Below, piece by piece: positions 62,493-64,000 of a stretch of DNA of 64,000 nt. This DNA is from Geosiphon pyriformis uo1. Its lineage: Eukaryota > Fungi > Glomeromycota. Below the pieces are notes generated by a model, which worked only from the letters and a program-made list of their open reading frames with translations, did not search any database and was not told the DNA's origin. The stretch covers positions 747,924-811,923 of the forward strand of contig JAAOMT010000222.1 of assembly GCA_016748015.1 (NCBI GenBank), written 5' to 3'. The stretch's first letter is position 1. The number at the start of each line of letters is the position of its first letter. The translations under genes and the position numbers were made by a program.

Positions 62493-63896
62493 TCATCGTG
62501 GGATCGCTTCTCCTTTGATAATTAAGGTAGGTGGATAGTGGGAGGCTTCGGTTCTAATCTTTTTAGCAGGGCTGTTTGCTTCATCCTCACAGGATCGCTT
62601 TGTAGGTGAATCTATAGAAGTGGATGATTCAGTTTCCTTATGTGTGACTCTTCCAGTGATAGCATTATTCCTGTCATCAGCTTGCACCATGGGTTGAGAC
62701 TTTGATATGGTTTTGGTAGTTGAAATAGGAACAACTAAATTTTGTGGCTGGTAATAACTTTCAAAAGTAAGTTTTTTATTTGAAAAATTCTCGCTCGAAG
62801 AGGCTACTGGTCGTTGAATGGCCAATTTCTTTGCTTGATTACTCCTTGCTTCAAAATAGTTATTTAATTCCTCACCTTTAAAAAAAATTTAATAAATTAA
62901 TCAATAAATAATCAATTTAATAAGCGATTGACTAAAAGAAATAGCTACCCTTTAAGTTTGCAAAAATGGGCATCACACCTTCGAAATCGATTGTTTTGTT
63001 CTCTTGAAGCATTTTAATTATTGCTGCAGAATTTTCGGAATGAATTTCAATCACCCCTTGTTGTTTTTCAAGGTATGGAAAGAAAATCCATTTAATAGTA
63101 CCCCCTAAAGGCTGGATCAATTTCACAATTCTGGAACGAACTGAGAAATGTCGGGTTTCAGCTCCAGCACCATTAAATTTAATAAATATAGGATTAAGAT
63201 TTTTACAATCGTCTTGACCACCGCTTTCTAATGGCTCATAATTGGTAGGCCTCACCGTTGTCGTCGAGGCCCCTCTTTTTATATTTGTAAATTGTGATGC
63301 TTCTTTTGACTTGGATGACTGTTCTATGGGAGAGCGTACGAACGGAAGTTATTTTGTGCCTGATCAGAAATATCAGATCGATTGTCTTGATCGAAAGCAA
63401 ATATTTGGTTGAATCTTTGAACCCATTTACCATTTTGAGAAACCTTATTTTCTTGAAATCTGTTTTCAGTTAAAACGTCAGCCGGTGGTTGCTTGCCCGA
63501 TAGACGAACCATTTCACCATCTTCGCTCACCTCAAGTAAATAAACCGATTCACGAAGAGCTTCTATAATCAACCCTAAATCAAGACCACGCCATTGCTTC
63601 ATGGTAGGGAAATCTAATATTGCGTCAATTACAGCCCATTGGTCATCACCTCCCATGTATCTCAAATGGGCCAATCTAATGTCAAATTTCAAGTTTCTTT
63701 CGCTAAATAGATATTCAAAGCGTTCCAGAATGGAATTCCTTAGCTCATTTCTTTGCTGCAAAGCATCTTGTGATCCTTGGGAAATTGATAATTCTGGTTG
63801 CATAGTGGGTAATAAATCTGGGATCGTCTCAATTTTTGATAAACTTTTCCGACCGGTGTTAACGCTAGTAGTTCCTGTCAATACCACGCCTTCCAT
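62493..63896 (-). CDS. La-related RNA-binding protein: divergent La motif plus C-terminal xRRM-like domain (LARP7/Pof8/La-like), ~421 aa, 3 exons
   Basis: Exons 63896-63340, 63274-62949 and 62875-62493 join in frame. La motif 'FEYLFSERNLKFD...W..I..ILDF..MK...IIEALRES..LLEVSEDGEMVR'. xRRM-like 'IFIKF...IKWI...GVIEI...LKGEELNNYF'. Basic NLS-like 'PTKRS...PAKKIR'. Confidence 0.78.
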
Positions 63897-64000
63897 AGCG
63901 AATTAGGTTGTGAAAGAAAAAGGAACCGATGTTTGGCGTTTTTCAAGAAATCTCGAAATTCACAAATCTTGTGCAATGTGATAATTATCCGCAGGATTTT

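Overview
Eukaryotic, intron-rich (mostly 60-110 nt GT-AG introns), AT-rich fungal DNA. The gene and transposon content suggests an early-diverging fungus, probably Glomeromycotina/Mucoromycota; this is an inference and was not tested. Two compact gene islands flank a ~45-kb nested retrotransposon island (~11.6-56.2 kb), and a decayed LINE occupies 1-3.1 kb. The left island has a Ubp3/USP10 deubiquitinase and a choline-transporter-like (CTL/Pns1) gene. The right island has a pseudogenised PD-(D/E)XK nuclease-like gene, a secreted Ser/Thr-rich surface protein, a Ydj1/DNAJA-type Hsp40 and a divergent La-motif + xRRM (LARP7/Pof8-like) gene. The TE island holds two full-length ~10-kb Ty3/Gypsy elements of one family, each with LTRs, PBS, PPT and a 4-bp TSD. 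Their layout is unusual: gag-protease-[Cys-rich insert]-dUTPase-RT-RNaseH, a stop, integrase in a separate +1 frame, then an extra unknown ORF ending at the PPT. The island also holds a chimeric LTR remnant, one full-length and several truncated RNase H-bearing LINEs, and an ORF1-only 'half-LINE' with the LINE 3' UTR. All repeats show a near-pure C:G to T:A transition signature (RIP-like or methylation-driven) that grades into extremely AT-rich relics, while neighbouring host genes keep their CpGs. Coordinates were read by eye: LTR ends, TSDs and the splice sites quoted were counted; relic boundaries are approximate.
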